This document shows positions 54,701-64,000 of a DNA stretch of 64,000 nucleotides, in pieces. Source of the stretch: an uncultured Thermoplasmata archaeon. GTDB lineage: Archaea > Thermoplasmatota > Thermoplasmata > UBA10834. The DNA lies in assembly GCA_964644565.1 (NCBI GenBank), contig CAZXWO010000001.1:57727-121726 (forward strand), in the 5' to 3' direction. The notes under the pieces are model-generated. The model saw only the letters and a list, made by a program, of their open reading frames with translations. It searched no databases and was not told the DNA's origin. A program made the translations under genes and the position numbers. Position 1 is the stretch's first letter. Each line of letters begins with the position of its first letter.

Positions 54701-54982
54701 TCACTTCTGGTCTATGATCTGGATGATGTGCCAGCCGAACTGGGTCTTCACGGGCCCGACGACGTCGCCCTTCTTTCCGTTGAAGGCCGCGGTCTCGAAC
54801 TCCTTGACCATCATGTTCCTTCCGAACCAGCCGAGGTCGCCGCCCTGCTTGCCGGACGGGCACTCCGAGTGCTTCTTCGCGAGGTCACCGAAGGAATCCC
54901 CGCCCCTCACCTTGATGAGGAGGTCCTTCGCGAGGTTCTCTGACTTGACCAGTATGTGCGCCGCGTGTATCTTGTTCGCCAT
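54701..54982 (-). CDS. ppiC: Parvulin-type peptidyl-prolyl isomerase (single domain, Par10-like)
   Basis: AAHILVK, FGDLAKKHSECPS, GGDLGWF, MVKEFE, VKTQFGWHII. Confidence 0.93.
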   Translation of the reverse strand: MANKIHAAHILVKSENLAKDLLIKVRGGDSFGDLAKKHSECPSGKQGGDLGWFGRNMMVKEFETAAFNGKKGDVVGPVKTQFGWHIIQIIDQK

Positions 54983-55027
54983 GGCGGTCAATCGGGAGGC
55001 ACCCATATCAATGTTTTCAACTCGAAC

Positions 55028-56458
55028 CTAGCCGGCAGAGCGCTCGAACTGGGCTATGATGGCGTCCCCCTTCGAGACCACATCTCTGTCGATTGCGGGC
55101 ACCCTGTGCTCGGCCAGCAGCCTGCGTGCGATCTCCTTGGCCTCGGGCACCATCGCCCTCGACATCGTGGCCTCCCACTTGGCGAAGGTGGTGTCCTTGA
55201 ATATCAGCTCGGACTTGAAGTTCCTCGCCGTGTGCGGGTTCGTTATGAAGGTGTTCCCGTGGCCGACCTTCCTCACCACGTCCAGCGCGATGGTCTCCTT
55301 GCTCACGGTGTACCTCTTCATGAAGTGCCTCACGCTCTCCCACAGCGTCGACTCAATGACGGCCTGGTCGAAGGAGGCGCCCTTCACGGCGTCCAGCCCC
55401 CCGATCCCCGACACGAGGTCGGAGTTGCCCATGGTGCTGAGACAGAGGCCCATCGTCTCGGTGAAGGTGTGGGGCACGCCCGGGTCGGCGGTGTCGTTGA
55501 CGCCCCAGTCGCCGACCATTGAAGGCAGCGAGTACCTCCTAGACATCTGCCCCAGCGACGCGGCGATGAGGCACTGCTCGACGGTCATGTAGTTAATCGA
55601 ACCGGTCCTCATGTTTATGGGCGCGGACGAGGAACAGTAGACGTGCGGCGCGCCCGGAGCCGATGTCTGGGTTATGACGAGGCTGGCCAGGTTCTCCGTG
55701 TTGGCGTTGCATATCGTCCCTGCCATGGTTATCGGCGCGGAGCCGCCCGACAGGGACATCGACATGGACATCACGGGGATGCCGGCCTTGGACAGCTCGA
55801 CCATCCCCTCGACGATCCCGGTCTCGTACGCCAGCGGGGCTATCGAGCAGCAGATGACCGAGAACAGGGGGCGCTTCCTGAGCTCCTCCTTCCCGCCCGC
55901 GACCAGCGATGCCAGCTCGACCTGCGCCCTCGCGTCCTCGGCGCTCAGGATCGAGACGCCGTTCACGTGCTTCGTCGTGTTCTGCATCGCGGTCCAGAGC
56001 TCGTGGAGGCTGTGGGACGCCTGGTTGACCTCGGTCGCGGTGAGGGTGGTCCATACGAAGTCCACGCCCTTCAGCGCGTCGGCGAGCCTGATGAAGTCGG
56101 CGATGTCCTTCCTGGTGGACGGCCTCTTCTCGCCCGTGTCCATGTCCCGTATGTAGACGCCCAGACCGGTGGTCGCGGCGTACGGGGGGCCGTCGACTGG
56201 CACCGTCAGGTCGTTCCTAGGGTCGCGTGCGCACATCTTGAACGACCTTGGTGCTTTCTTCAGCGCCTCGTCGACCAGGTCCTCCGGTATCCTGGCGACC
56301 ATCTTCGTCTCGTCGACCGCCGCTCCGGCGCCCTCGAGTGTCTTGAGTATCGGACGGCTGGGTATGTGCACGCCGATCTCACGGAGGCACTCGAGGCTCT
56401 GGGAGTGCACTAGGTCCATCTCATCCCTGCTCAGGAACACGAATCTTCCGACTGCCAT
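55028..56458 (-). CDS. mttB: Trimethylamine methyltransferase (MttB) superfamily protein, pyrrolysine-free
   Basis: LREIGV, EALKKAP, GGSAPITMAG, NTENLASLV, PGAPHVY; no in-frame TAG; ATG 56458 after GGAGGGA. Confidence 0.88.
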   Translation of the reverse strand: MAVGRFVFLSRDEMDLVHSQSLECLREIGVHIPSRPILKTLEGAGAAVDETKMVARIPEDLVDEALKKAPRSFKMCARDPRNDLTVPVDGPPYAATTGLGVYIRDMDTGEKRPSTRKDIADFIRLADALKGVDFVWTTLTATEVNQASHSLHELWTAMQNTTKHVNGVSILSAEDARAQVELASLVAGGKEELRKRPLFSVICCSIAPLAYETGIVEGMVELSKAGIPVMSMSMSLSGGSAPITMAGTICNANTENLASLVITQTSAPGAPHVYCSSSAPINMRTGSINYMTVEQCLIAASLGQMSRRYSLPSMVGDWGVNDTADPGVPHTFTETMGLCLSTMGNSDLVSGIGGLDAVKGASFDQAVIESTLWESVRHFMKRYTVSKETIALDVVRKVGHGNTFITNPHTARNFKSELIFKDTTFAKWEATMSRAMVPEAKEIARRLLAEHRVPAIDRDVVSKGDAIIAQFERSAG

Positions 56459-56578
56459 GCTGCTCTTCCCTCCTGGACGGGTTCCCCACCGAAGGTCCCG
56501 ATGTCCTGAGGGGGCATGACGCAGGACGGATATCAACCTCTTTCCCGAAGGCTTAAGGAAGTTCCGGTCGGCGCGGGC

Positions 56579-57205
56579 TCACCGCTTCCTCAGGAGGACC
56601 TTGAGGACCTCCCTCTTGCCGGCCGTCGCCCCGAAGACCACGCGCCTGACGGAGCCGACCTCGGTCACTACCTCCAGCCCTGGGAACAGCGAACCGACCT
56701 CCCCCTCCAGGAAGTAGTGGGTCATGATCCCGTCGCCGCGGAGGTAGGACGAGGGCTCTACCTCCTCCCCCTTGCCGAACCTCATGTCGGCCCGCCCGAA
56801 GGCCTCGACGTAGAGGTGGCCGCCCCGGACGAGGGCCTTGGAGAGCTGCTCCGCTGCCGCCGCGCGCTCCCTCTCCACCATGTGGGAGAGGGTGTGGACG
56901 CAGGTGACTGCACCGTATTTTTCTGGTGCAAAAGGCATGTTGCGCAGGTTGCATTCTACCAATTCTACAACTCCATCAGGGTCGCGCTGGGACCTGAGGG
57001 AGTTGAGCGCCTCCCTGGAGAAGTCGCAGGCCACGACCTCGCACAGGCGCGCGAGCGCCTCCGCGGTCTTGCCGTCCCCGCACCCCGCGTCCAGGACCAG
57101 CATGCCCCTCTTCAGGTGCGGCGTCAGCAGGGAGAGGTCGCCCGTGCCGCCGTAGTGGAGGCCCCTCTTGGAGTACAACCTCTGCCAGGCCTCCCTCGCC
57201 CTCAT
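56579..57205 (-). CDS. Class I SAM-dependent methyltransferase
   Basis: VLDAGCGDGK, ACDFSREAL; start uncertain (57205-57232). Confidence 0.85.
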   Translation of the reverse strand: MRAREAWQRLYSKRGLHYGGTGDLSLLTPHLKRGMLVLDAGCGDGKTAEALARLCEVVACDFSREALNSLRSQRDPDGVVELVECNLRNMPFAPEKYGAVTCVHTLSHMVERERAAAAEQLSKALVRGGHLYVEAFGRADMRFGKGEEVEPSSYLRGDGIMTHYFLEGEVGSLFPGLEVVTEVGSVRRVVFGATAGKREVLKVLLRKR

Positions 57206-57309
57206 CGCCCTAGTAGCTGCCATCACTAGCACCGCTGCGCCTGAGGGCCATATGGATTAAAATACTAATAAAGAAGTAACTCGCCGCGTCCGAGAGAACA
57301 AGGAAGACT

Positions 57310-58713
57310 GTGAACATGGACTTTCAATCGCTCACCAAGAGCCAGGAGATCCTCAGGGCAGTAGCCGACATGGAGTGGGAGGAGCCCACGCCAGTGCAGG
57401 AGCAGAGCATACCGATCGCCATGGCGGGGGACGACCTCATGGCGCAGGCGCAGACTGGGACCGGCAAGACCGGCGCCTTCGCGATACCGATACTGAGCAG
57501 GATGCCCGCGAACAAGAGGATACATGTGCTCGCCCTCGTCCCCACGAGGGAACTGGCGATGCAGGTCGCGGAGGACTTCGACGACCTCGCCAAGTACACC
57601 GGGCACAAGACCGTCGCGATCTACGGCGGCCAGTCCATCAACGTCCAGGTCACCAAGATAAGGAAGGGCGTCGAGATAGTGGTCGGGACGCCAGGGAGGC
57701 TCATGGACCTCATGCGCCGGGGGGAGCTGTCGTTCGACGGCGTCTCCGTGGTCGTGCTGGACGAGGCCGACCGGATGCTGGACATGGGGTTCATAGACGA
57801 CATCGAGTGGATCCTCCAGAGGGTCCCCGGGCAGCGGCAGACCATGCTCTTCTCCGCGACCCTCCCCGAGGCGATAAGGGAGCTCGCACAGAGGTACATG
57901 AGGGACCCCAAGAGCGTCATCATCAGCCAGGACACCCTGACGGTCGACAACGCGGAGCAGAGCTACATCAACGTCGGCCGGAAGAACAAGCTGTGGGCGC
58001 TCTGCAGGATACTCGACACCGAGAAACCCCCGCTCACGCTCGTGTTCTGCTCGACCAAGAGGATGGTCGACATGCTGGTCAGCAAGATGAGGGCGTACGG
58101 CTACTCCGCCGACGGAATACACGGGGACATGTCCCAGGCCGCCAGGGAGAAGGTCATGGACCGGTTCAAGCACGGCAAGCTCAAGATACTCGTCGCCACC
58201 GATGTCGCCGCCAGGGGCCTGGACATCGAGGGCATAACCCACGTGGTCAACTACGACATCCCCGAGAACCCGGAGGACTACGTCCACAGGATCGGGAGGA
58301 CCGCCAGGGCCGGCAAGACCGGGAAGGCCATCACCTTCGTCTCAAAGGAGGAGCAGTACCTCGTCAAGCAGATCGAGAACTTCGGCAGGACGACCATCCA
58401 GATGGACGACGTTCCGGACGGCTCCGGCAGGGACACGGTGAAGAGACAGCTGGACCTCGACGAGTACGCGGACGTCTTCGGCATGGTCCCCTTCAGGATG
58501 AACATAGGCAAGGAGGACGGCGTCGACATGCTCAGCCTGATCAAGTTCATCACGAGGAAGGCCAACATCTCGGAGCACCTCATCGGGGACGTCGCGGTCG
58601 GCAGGAACAGCAGCGACGTACGCCTCCACAAGAGCATCGCGTTCTACGCGATGAAGGACCTCGAGAGGTGCAGCGTCCAGGGCAAGCACGTGAAGATTGA
58701 CCTGATAAGGTGA
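57310..58713 (+). CDS. DEAD-box RNA helicase with a DbpA-type RNA-binding domain
   Basis: Q motif PTPVQ, AQTGTGKT, PTRELA, DEAD, SAT, ARGLD, HRIGRTAR. Confidence 0.96.
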   Translation: MNMDFQSLTKSQEILRAVADMEWEEPTPVQEQSIPIAMAGDDLMAQAQTGTGKTGAFAIPILSRMPANKRIHVLALVPTRELAMQVAEDFDDLAKYTGHKTVAIYGGQSINVQVTKIRKGVEIVVGTPGRLMDLMRRGELSFDGVSVVVLDEADRMLDMGFIDDIEWILQRVPGQRQTMLFSATLPEAIRELAQRYMRDPKSVIISQDTLTVDNAEQSYINVGRKNKLWALCRILDTEKPPLTLVFCSTKRMVDMLVSKMRAYGYSADGIHGDMSQAAREKVMDRFKHGKLKILVATDVAARGLDIEGITHVVNYDIPENPEDYVHRIGRTARAGKTGKAITFVSKEEQYLVKQIENFGRTTIQMDDVPDGSGRDTVKRQLDLDEYADVFGMVPFRMNIGKEDGVDMLSLIKFITRKANISEHLIGDVAVGRNSSDVRLHKSIAFYAMKDLERCSVQGKHVKIDLIR

Positions 58714-58714
58714 C

Positions 58715-58993
58715 CTAGGCGCTCAGGGCCTTGTTTATCTCGTCCGCCCTGATGTGGCCCACGACCTTCACGTCGCACTTCGCGATGCCCTCGACCGTCA
58801 GGACCTGGTCCCGGATCGCGAGGGCCAGCTCGACGCCCACGGGGCAGAACGGGCTCGTCGGCATGAAGGTGAGGCTGACGGAGTCCTCCCCGACGACGAT
58901 GTCGGATATGAGGCCCATCTCGTATACGCTCACGCCCGTGTGGGGGTCCAGCACGCTCCTCAGGGCCTCGACCACGAAGTCCTTACGGTCCAT
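58715..58993 (-). CDS. DUF59 / SufT-like Fe-S cluster assembly protein
   Basis: LRSVLDPHTGVSVYEMGLI, PTSPFCP. Confidence 0.88.
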   Translation of the reverse strand: MDRKDFVVEALRSVLDPHTGVSVYEMGLISDIVVGEDSVSLTFMPTSPFCPVGVELALAIRDQVLTVEGIAKCDVKVVGHIRADEINKALSA

Positions 58994-59047
58994 GTCCAGA
59001 TGAGAACACCCTAAGGGTATTATAAGCTGTCGAGTTTCGGGCACCGC

Positions 59048-61666
59048 TCACTTGTAGAGCAGCACCGCCAGGCTTGCGACGCACACCGACTCCAGCTCGC
59101 CCCTCTCGGAGCTCACGGTCTTCTCCACCTCGTAGAACTCCGGAGTGAGCTCCACCTTCCTGCCGCCCTCCAGCTCGATGGTCAGGCCCTTCTCCAGTCC
59201 CGCCAGCTGCTCGGGCGACAGGAAGGTCATCCTCTCGGAGATGGCCTTCGCTTCCCGCTTGAACGCGGGGCCGAGTTTGGAGTGGACAGGCTTCACCCTG
59301 GAGACAGACTCCTGCAGCGCGACCTTCTCCAGCACGTCCAGCCTCTCCGCCTTCAGGGTCGCCTTGACGTCTCCCTCCGACCCGGAGATGAGCTCCGAGG
59401 CCTTCGCCCCCACGACCTCGACCCTCGTTACTGGTGCGTTCAGGGACATGCCCTTGGCGGCCTTCCAGGCCCTCACCGCTGCGACTATGTCCCTCACGGC
59501 CTCGCCCCTGCGCTCCGCGGCCTCGTCCATGGGTGGCGCCTCCGGCCACGGGGACACGTGGATGCTCACCGGCGTCTCGTGCTGCCTGAAGTTGTGCTGG
59601 TAGGAGTCCTCGGCCACGTGAGGCATGAACACCGACAGCATCTTGAGGAGGCCGAGTCCGACCGTGTAGAGGGTGTACCTCGCGCCGCCGTCGTCCTCCG
59701 CATAGGCCCTGTGCTTCGCGAGCTCGATGTAGTGGTCCGCGAACTCGTGCCAGAGGAAGTCCTGGACGAGCGCCATCGCGCGGTCGAACTCGTAGGCCTC
59801 GCACCTCTCCTCGACGTCCCTGACGAGCCTCCCGAACCTGCTGAGTATCCACGCGTCGACCGGGTGCATCGACCCCGGCCTCGAGGGCCTCTCCTTGCAC
59901 GCGCTCCCCACCATCCGCATGACGTTCCAGGCCTTCGTCGCGAGCCTGTTACCCCTCACCAGCTCCTGCTCCTTGAAGGCGTGGTCCATGCCCAGGGAGC
60001 ACGTCGCGGCGTAGTAGCGCATCGCGTCCCCGCCGTACTTGTCCAGGAGGGGCATCGGGTCTATGACGTTCCCGGCCGAGGTGTGCATGGGGCGGCCGTC
60101 GGGCGCCATGATGAACCCGTGGATCATGACCTCGTCCCACGGCTTCCTTCCGGTGAGGTGGAGCTCCCTGAGGATAGTGTAGTAGGCCCAAGTCCGGATG
60201 ATGTCGTGGCTCTGCGGCCTCATGGACATGGGGTAGAGACGCTCGAACATCTTCATGTCCCGCTCCCAGAAGGTGTTGTACAGCGGGGATATGCTCGAGT
60301 CCATCCAGGTGTCGAAGACGTCCGTGGAGCCGACGTAACTCCCGCCGCAGGCGCACTTGGCCTTCGACGGGGCCTTCACGGTCGGGTCGACGTAGCAGTC
60401 CTTCTCCTCGGCGAGGAGGACGTCGCCGCACCTGTCGCACTCCCAGAGCGGGATGGCCGTCGCGAAGTACCTCTGCCTCGAGACCACCCAGTCCCATGCC
60501 AGGGACTCGACCCAGTCCTTGATCCTGACCTTCATGAACTCGGGCTTCCAGACGATCTCGTCGACCTTCTGGAGGACCTGCTCCTTGAACTCGACCGACT
60601 TGACGAACCACTGCGGGACCTTGAGGAACTCTATGGGGGTGCTGCACCTCCAGCATGTCCCGAGGTTCTGCTCCAGAGGCTCCTGCCTCACGAGGAGCCC
60701 CTGGGACCTCATGTCCTCGATTATGGCCTTCCTCGCGTCGACGACCGTCATGCCGGCGTACCTGCCGGCGAGCTCGGTCATCTTGCCGTCCTCGTCTATG
60801 CCCTTCTCCAGCGGGAGCTCGTACTTCATGATGCGCTCCAGGTCGTCCTTGTCGCCTATGGAGCAGACCATGAGCGTGCCGGTGCCGAACTCCGGGTCGA
60901 CCTTCGCGTCCGCGATGACCTTGACCCTCCTGCCGAAGACCGGGGTCACGAGTTCCTTGCCGACCAGCCAGCCCTTGTCCTTGTCGTCCGGGTGCACCGC
61001 GACCAGCAGGCACGTGCAGAGGAGCTCCGGCCTGGTCGTGGCGATGAGGACCTCCTTGCCGGTCTCCGCCTCCTTGAACGTGATGTAGTTGAGCCTGGTC
61101 GTCCTGTGCTCGTAGTCCACCTCGGCGTCAGCCAGGGCGGTCCTGCACCTGGTGCACCAGTTGATGGGGAAGTGCCCCTTGTACACGAGGCCGTTCTTGA
61201 ACATGCGTATGAAAGATATCTGCGTGAGCCTGCGGTAGTAGTGGGCGTCGGTCTGGTAGTATATGCTCGGGTCCATGCTCTGGCCCAGCATCTCGAACTG
61301 CTTTGTCATCTCGGCGATGTACTTCTCCGCGAACTCCGCGCACATCTTGACGAACTGCTGCCTAGGGACGTCCGTGGCCTTGACGCCGTGCACCTTCTCC
61401 ACGCGGACCTCGACCGGCGTGCCGTTGGTATCGAAGCAGAGGGGGTAGAACACGTTGAACCCCTTCAGGCGCTTGTACCTGGCTGCGAAGTCTATGACCG
61501 TGTAGCCGTAGGCGTGTCCCAGGTGCAGGTTCCCTGACGCGTAGCGCGGAGGGTTGTCTATGCTGTAGACCTTCTTCTGCGAGGTACGGTCGAAGCGGTG
61601 AATGCCCCACTCCTTCCACTTGCCCTGCCACTTCGCCTCGTTCTCTCGCCAATCGTACTGGGCCAT
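59048..61666 (-). CDS. valS: Valine--tRNA ligase
   Basis: DNPPRYASGNLHLGH (HIGH), WVVSRQR, DVFDTWMDSS, RPQSHDIIRTW, KMSKS variant PMHTS. Confidence 0.96.
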   Translation of the reverse strand: MAQYDWRENEAKWQGKWKEWGIHRFDRTSQKKVYSIDNPPRYASGNLHLGHAYGYTVIDFAARYKRLKGFNVFYPLCFDTNGTPVEVRVEKVHGVKATDVPRQQFVKMCAEFAEKYIAEMTKQFEMLGQSMDPSIYYQTDAHYYRRLTQISFIRMFKNGLVYKGHFPINWCTRCRTALADAEVDYEHRTTRLNYITFKEAETGKEVLIATTRPELLCTCLLVAVHPDDKDKGWLVGKELVTPVFGRRVKVIADAKVDPEFGTGTLMVCSIGDKDDLERIMKYELPLEKGIDEDGKMTELAGRYAGMTVVDARKAIIEDMRSQGLLVRQEPLEQNLGTCWRCSTPIEFLKVPQWFVKSVEFKEQVLQKVDEIVWKPEFMKVRIKDWVESLAWDWVVSRQRYFATAIPLWECDRCGDVLLAEEKDCYVDPTVKAPSKAKCACGGSYVGSTDVFDTWMDSSISPLYNTFWERDMKMFERLYPMSMRPQSHDIIRTWAYYTILRELHLTGRKPWDEVMIHGFIMAPDGRPMHTSAGNVIDPMPLLDKYGGDAMRYYAATCSLGMDHAFKEQELVRGNRLATKAWNVMRMVGSACKERPSRPGSMHPVDAWILSRFGRLVRDVEERCEAYEFDRAMALVQDFLWHEFADHYIELAKHRAYAEDDGGARYTLYTVGLGLLKMLSVFMPHVAEDSYQHNFRQHETPVSIHVSPWPEAPPMDEAAERRGEAVRDIVAAVRAWKAAKGMSLNAPVTRVEVVGAKASELISGSEGDVKATLKAERLDVLEKVALQESVSRVKPVHSKLGPAFKREAKAISERMTFLSPEQLAGLEKGLTIELEGGRKVELTPEFYEVEKTVSSERGELESVCVASLAVLLYK

Positions 61667-61712
61667 CCAACCCTGGGCAGAAGAGTAAGTGTAGATAAAA
61701 CTGTTGGGTTGG

Positions 61713-62255
61713 TCACTTCCGGGGGCGCTTCTTCCGGAAGACGTTGGCTTGGATGAGGTCCTCCGCCTCCGGGGTCATGGGCCCGCGCCACTTGTCGAGG
61801 GTGAACAGGCCCTCCTGGAGGCACCTCACGAGGACCGCCATCTGGTGGGCGCAGAAGTAGCCCTTCTCCCTGTGCTCGACGCACTCGCACGATGTGTCGA
61901 CGTCCTCGTTCGTCTGGTTGACGAACCTGATGTGGTACACCTCGTACCCGTCCGACCTCCGGAGCGAGAAGACCGCGTTGACGATCGTGTCGTCGCTCTT
62001 CGGGTCGAGGTCGATGATCTTCCTCCCGCCGGCGAGCTTGATCGCCTTCGCCATGTTCTCGACGAAGTAGATCTCCTCCTGGGCGGAGCAGAAGTCCTCG
62101 AGCACCTTGCGGTCGAGGTTGTCGAGCACGTACCCGACGAGGTCCTCCTTCACCAGGTTCGACCACCCGGTGAGCTTCTTGGCGTCGCACAGGTTCTTGA
62201 GGCTGGCTACCGTGAGCCTCGAGACCCTCAGGTCGAGGGGCAAGTCCTTTCTCAT
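61713..62255 (-). CDS. Hypothetical protein with an N-terminal helical domain and a SWIM-type zinc finger
   Basis: SCECVEH...FCAHQMAV matches CxC...CxH. Confidence 0.7.
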   Translation of the reverse strand: MRKDLPLDLRVSRLTVASLKNLCDAKKLTGWSNLVKEDLVGYVLDNLDRKVLEDFCSAQEEIYFVENMAKAIKLAGGRKIIDLDPKSDDTIVNAVFSLRRSDGYEVYHIRFVNQTNEDVDTSCECVEHREKGYFCAHQMAVLVRCLQEGLFTLDKWRGPMTPEAEDLIQANVFRKKRPRK

Positions 62256-62314
62256 ATCCCATCCCTTGTTGGAGTGGATGAGGCTCGTCGTTTAAGAAAG
62301 TAGCGACAGCGGGG

Positions 62315-63661
62315 TCAGAGGCCCTCGTCCGCGGGCTTCCCCCGCCTGCGCATGACCAGGATGTGGTCCCTCTCGATCCTGCTGTCGTTCCAGCGCGGTA
62401 TGTCCAGGTGCCTGTTGATCACGTCGTACACGTACTCGCCCTCCAGCTCGAACCCGCACTTGTCGGCGATGCGGGCCAGGATGCGGTAGGTCGGTATGCG
62501 CACCTTCCTGAAAGTGTTCTCGCCGACGACCACGCAGTACCTGCCGTTCCTCCTGAGGACCCTGTTGACCTCGCAGAAGTTCCGGCGCATGTCGTCGAAG
62601 TACTTGTACACGATGTAGGCGCTCTTCTTCTCCTTCTCGATGAGCTCGTCCATCACCTGCCTCAACTCAGGGACGGACGTCCTGGGCTCCCACGGCCTGT
62701 ACTCCGACAGGTACGCCCTGGACGTCCCCACGACCTGCCCGTCGAGCTTGGCCATGTCCGGCATGAGGTCCAGCCAGAACATCTCGAGCTTGTGGACGCT
62801 GACGTAGTGCACCGCGCTCGCGTATGGGGGGGAGGTGACAGCCAGGTCCACCGACGAGTCGTCCAGGGCTATCTCCCTGGCGTCCTTCCCCACTATCTCC
62901 ACCGAGGGGGCGTCCCTGTACTGCTTCGCCACGTTCTTGGAGATCCGCCACAGCTCCTCCGCGTCGAGCATCCTGCTCCGCACGGTGTTCTCGAACTTGG
63001 ACAGGACGTCGAAGGAGGTCTTCCCCTGCTCGTCCAGCTTCTTCCGGAACGTGGTGACCTCCGGTATGAGGGAATCGGAATCGGAGTTGGACATCTTCCT
63101 GATGATGGAGGAGAAGCAGATCTTGAAGAAGTCCTGCTGGTCGCCCCTGCGCATGGCCCATACGTGCTTCTTGACCGTGGCCAGGTCCGCGAGCACCTCC
63201 GGCCTGAACCAGTGGTCCCTGTTGGGTATCTCCGGGACCAGTGACGAGTTGTCGTCGCGGTCCGCGGCTATGTCGGAGAGGAGCGCGTCCCCGGCCTCCC
63301 GGAGCCTCTTCGGGTCCAGCGGGGTCGTCTTGACCTTCGCGATCATCCTGGCGAGGGGGTGGATGTCCACGCCGTAGCTGTGCCTCCCGAGGATGTACGA
63401 CTCCAGCAGGGTGGTGCCGGAGCCCATGAACGGGTCCAGGACCTCGTCCCCGACCTTCGAGTACGACTGGATGCAGAAACCCGGTATCTGGGGTATGAAC
63501 TTCGCGGGGTACCTGTGGATGCCGTGGGTGGCGTAGCTGACCTGTTTGCCGATGTACTTGCCGAACTCGCCTGACAGGTCCACGGGCCTCGCGAGGCCTC
63601 GTCTATCGGGCGGGTCTCCCCGGGAGTCCAAGGACATGACGGTTCTTTCTCTCCTGTTCAC
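62315..63661 (-). CDS. Site-specific DNA methyltransferase (N4-cytosine type, SPPY)
   Basis: HRYPAKF, VLDPFMGSGTT, VTSPPY, VVGEN. Confidence 0.88.
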   Translation of the reverse strand: MNRRERTVMSLDSRGDPPDRRGLARPVDLSGEFGKYIGKQVSYATHGIHRYPAKFIPQIPGFCIQSYSKVGDEVLDPFMGSGTTLLESYILGRHSYGVDIHPLARMIAKVKTTPLDPKRLREAGDALLSDIAADRDDNSSLVPEIPNRDHWFRPEVLADLATVKKHVWAMRRGDQQDFFKICFSSIIRKMSNSDSDSLIPEVTTFRKKLDEQGKTSFDVLSKFENTVRSRMLDAEELWRISKNVAKQYRDAPSVEIVGKDAREIALDDSSVDLAVTSPPYASAVHYVSVHKLEMFWLDLMPDMAKLDGQVVGTSRAYLSEYRPWEPRTSVPELRQVMDELIEKEKKSAYIVYKYFDDMRRNFCEVNRVLRRNGRYCVVVGENTFRKVRIPTYRILARIADKCGFELEGEYVYDVINRHLDIPRWNDSRIERDHILVMRRRGKPADEGL

Positions 63662-64000
63662 AGCCCCTCGAGGGCCTCCAAGCCGGCCCCCGAGACCAAT
63701 CTGGTCACCGCGAGAACGACGTTCTCCTTCTTAACCCTGCGCTGCTCCGAGCTGTCCCGGTCCCTTATCGTGACGGTCCCGTCGTCCTTCGTCTGATAGT
63801 CCACGGTGATGCAGCAAGGGGTCCCGACCTCGTCCATCCGCGCGTATCTCCGCCCGATCGAGCCAGCGTCGTCGAGGTACGCGTGCATCCCGGCGGCCGA
63901 CAGCGACGCGTGGATCCCCGAGGCTATGTCGCCCAGGCCGTCCTTCGCCATGAGCGGGAAAACTCCGGCCTTGTACGGGGCCACGAGCCCCTTCAGCCTG
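63658..64000 (-). CDS. glyS: Glycine--tRNA ligase (archaeal/eukaryotic alpha2 type), C-terminal anticodon-binding domain; 5' part outside the window
   Basis: APYKAGVFPL, GSIGRRYARMDEVGTPCCITVDYQT, VTIRDRDS. Confidence 0.9.
   Translation of the reverse strand, partial: RLKGLVAPYKAGVFPLMAKDGLGDIASGIHASLSAAGMHAYLDDAGSIGRRYARMDEVGTPCCITVDYQTKDDGTVTIRDRDSSEQRRVKKENVVLAVTRLVSGAGLEALEGL

Overview
A GC-rich archaeal chromosomal segment. Diphthine synthase, a Trm5-family methylase, AroA'/AroB', a GHMP shikimate kinase, Mre11/Rad50, an archaeal/eukaryotic-type GlyRS and TATA-box promoters point to an archaeon; a Thermoplasmatota origin is my inference. It carries a 12-gene aromatic amino acid, homocysteine and aspartate-semialdehyde operon with a divergent ACT-domain regulator, a molybdopterin oxidoreductase, pyrrolysine-free MtmB and MttB homologues with one corrinoid protein, a DNA repair cluster, a large cadherin-like surface protein beside a Rab-like GTPase, tRNA-Gly(GCC), and housekeeping genes (folC, valS, glyS, DEAD-box helicase, dcd). 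The strongest leads are: (1) an integrase-less tandem array of single-gene cassettes 3' of tRNA-Gly, delimited by copies of the tRNA 3' end inside a conserved ~70 bp flank; (2) a surface receptor with a putative cytoplasmic longin/roadblock-like domain next to a Rab-like GTPase; (3) two unannotated, highly structured intergenic RNA candidates (33.9-34.2 kb with a pseudoknot; 25.7-25.9 kb resembling an orphan IS200/IS605 right end); (4) an MtmB homologue with Met at the pyrrolysine position; (5) three genes whose conserved N-termini require near-cognate CTG or ACG starts. Family calls come from motifs read by eye; no database search or folding program was run.
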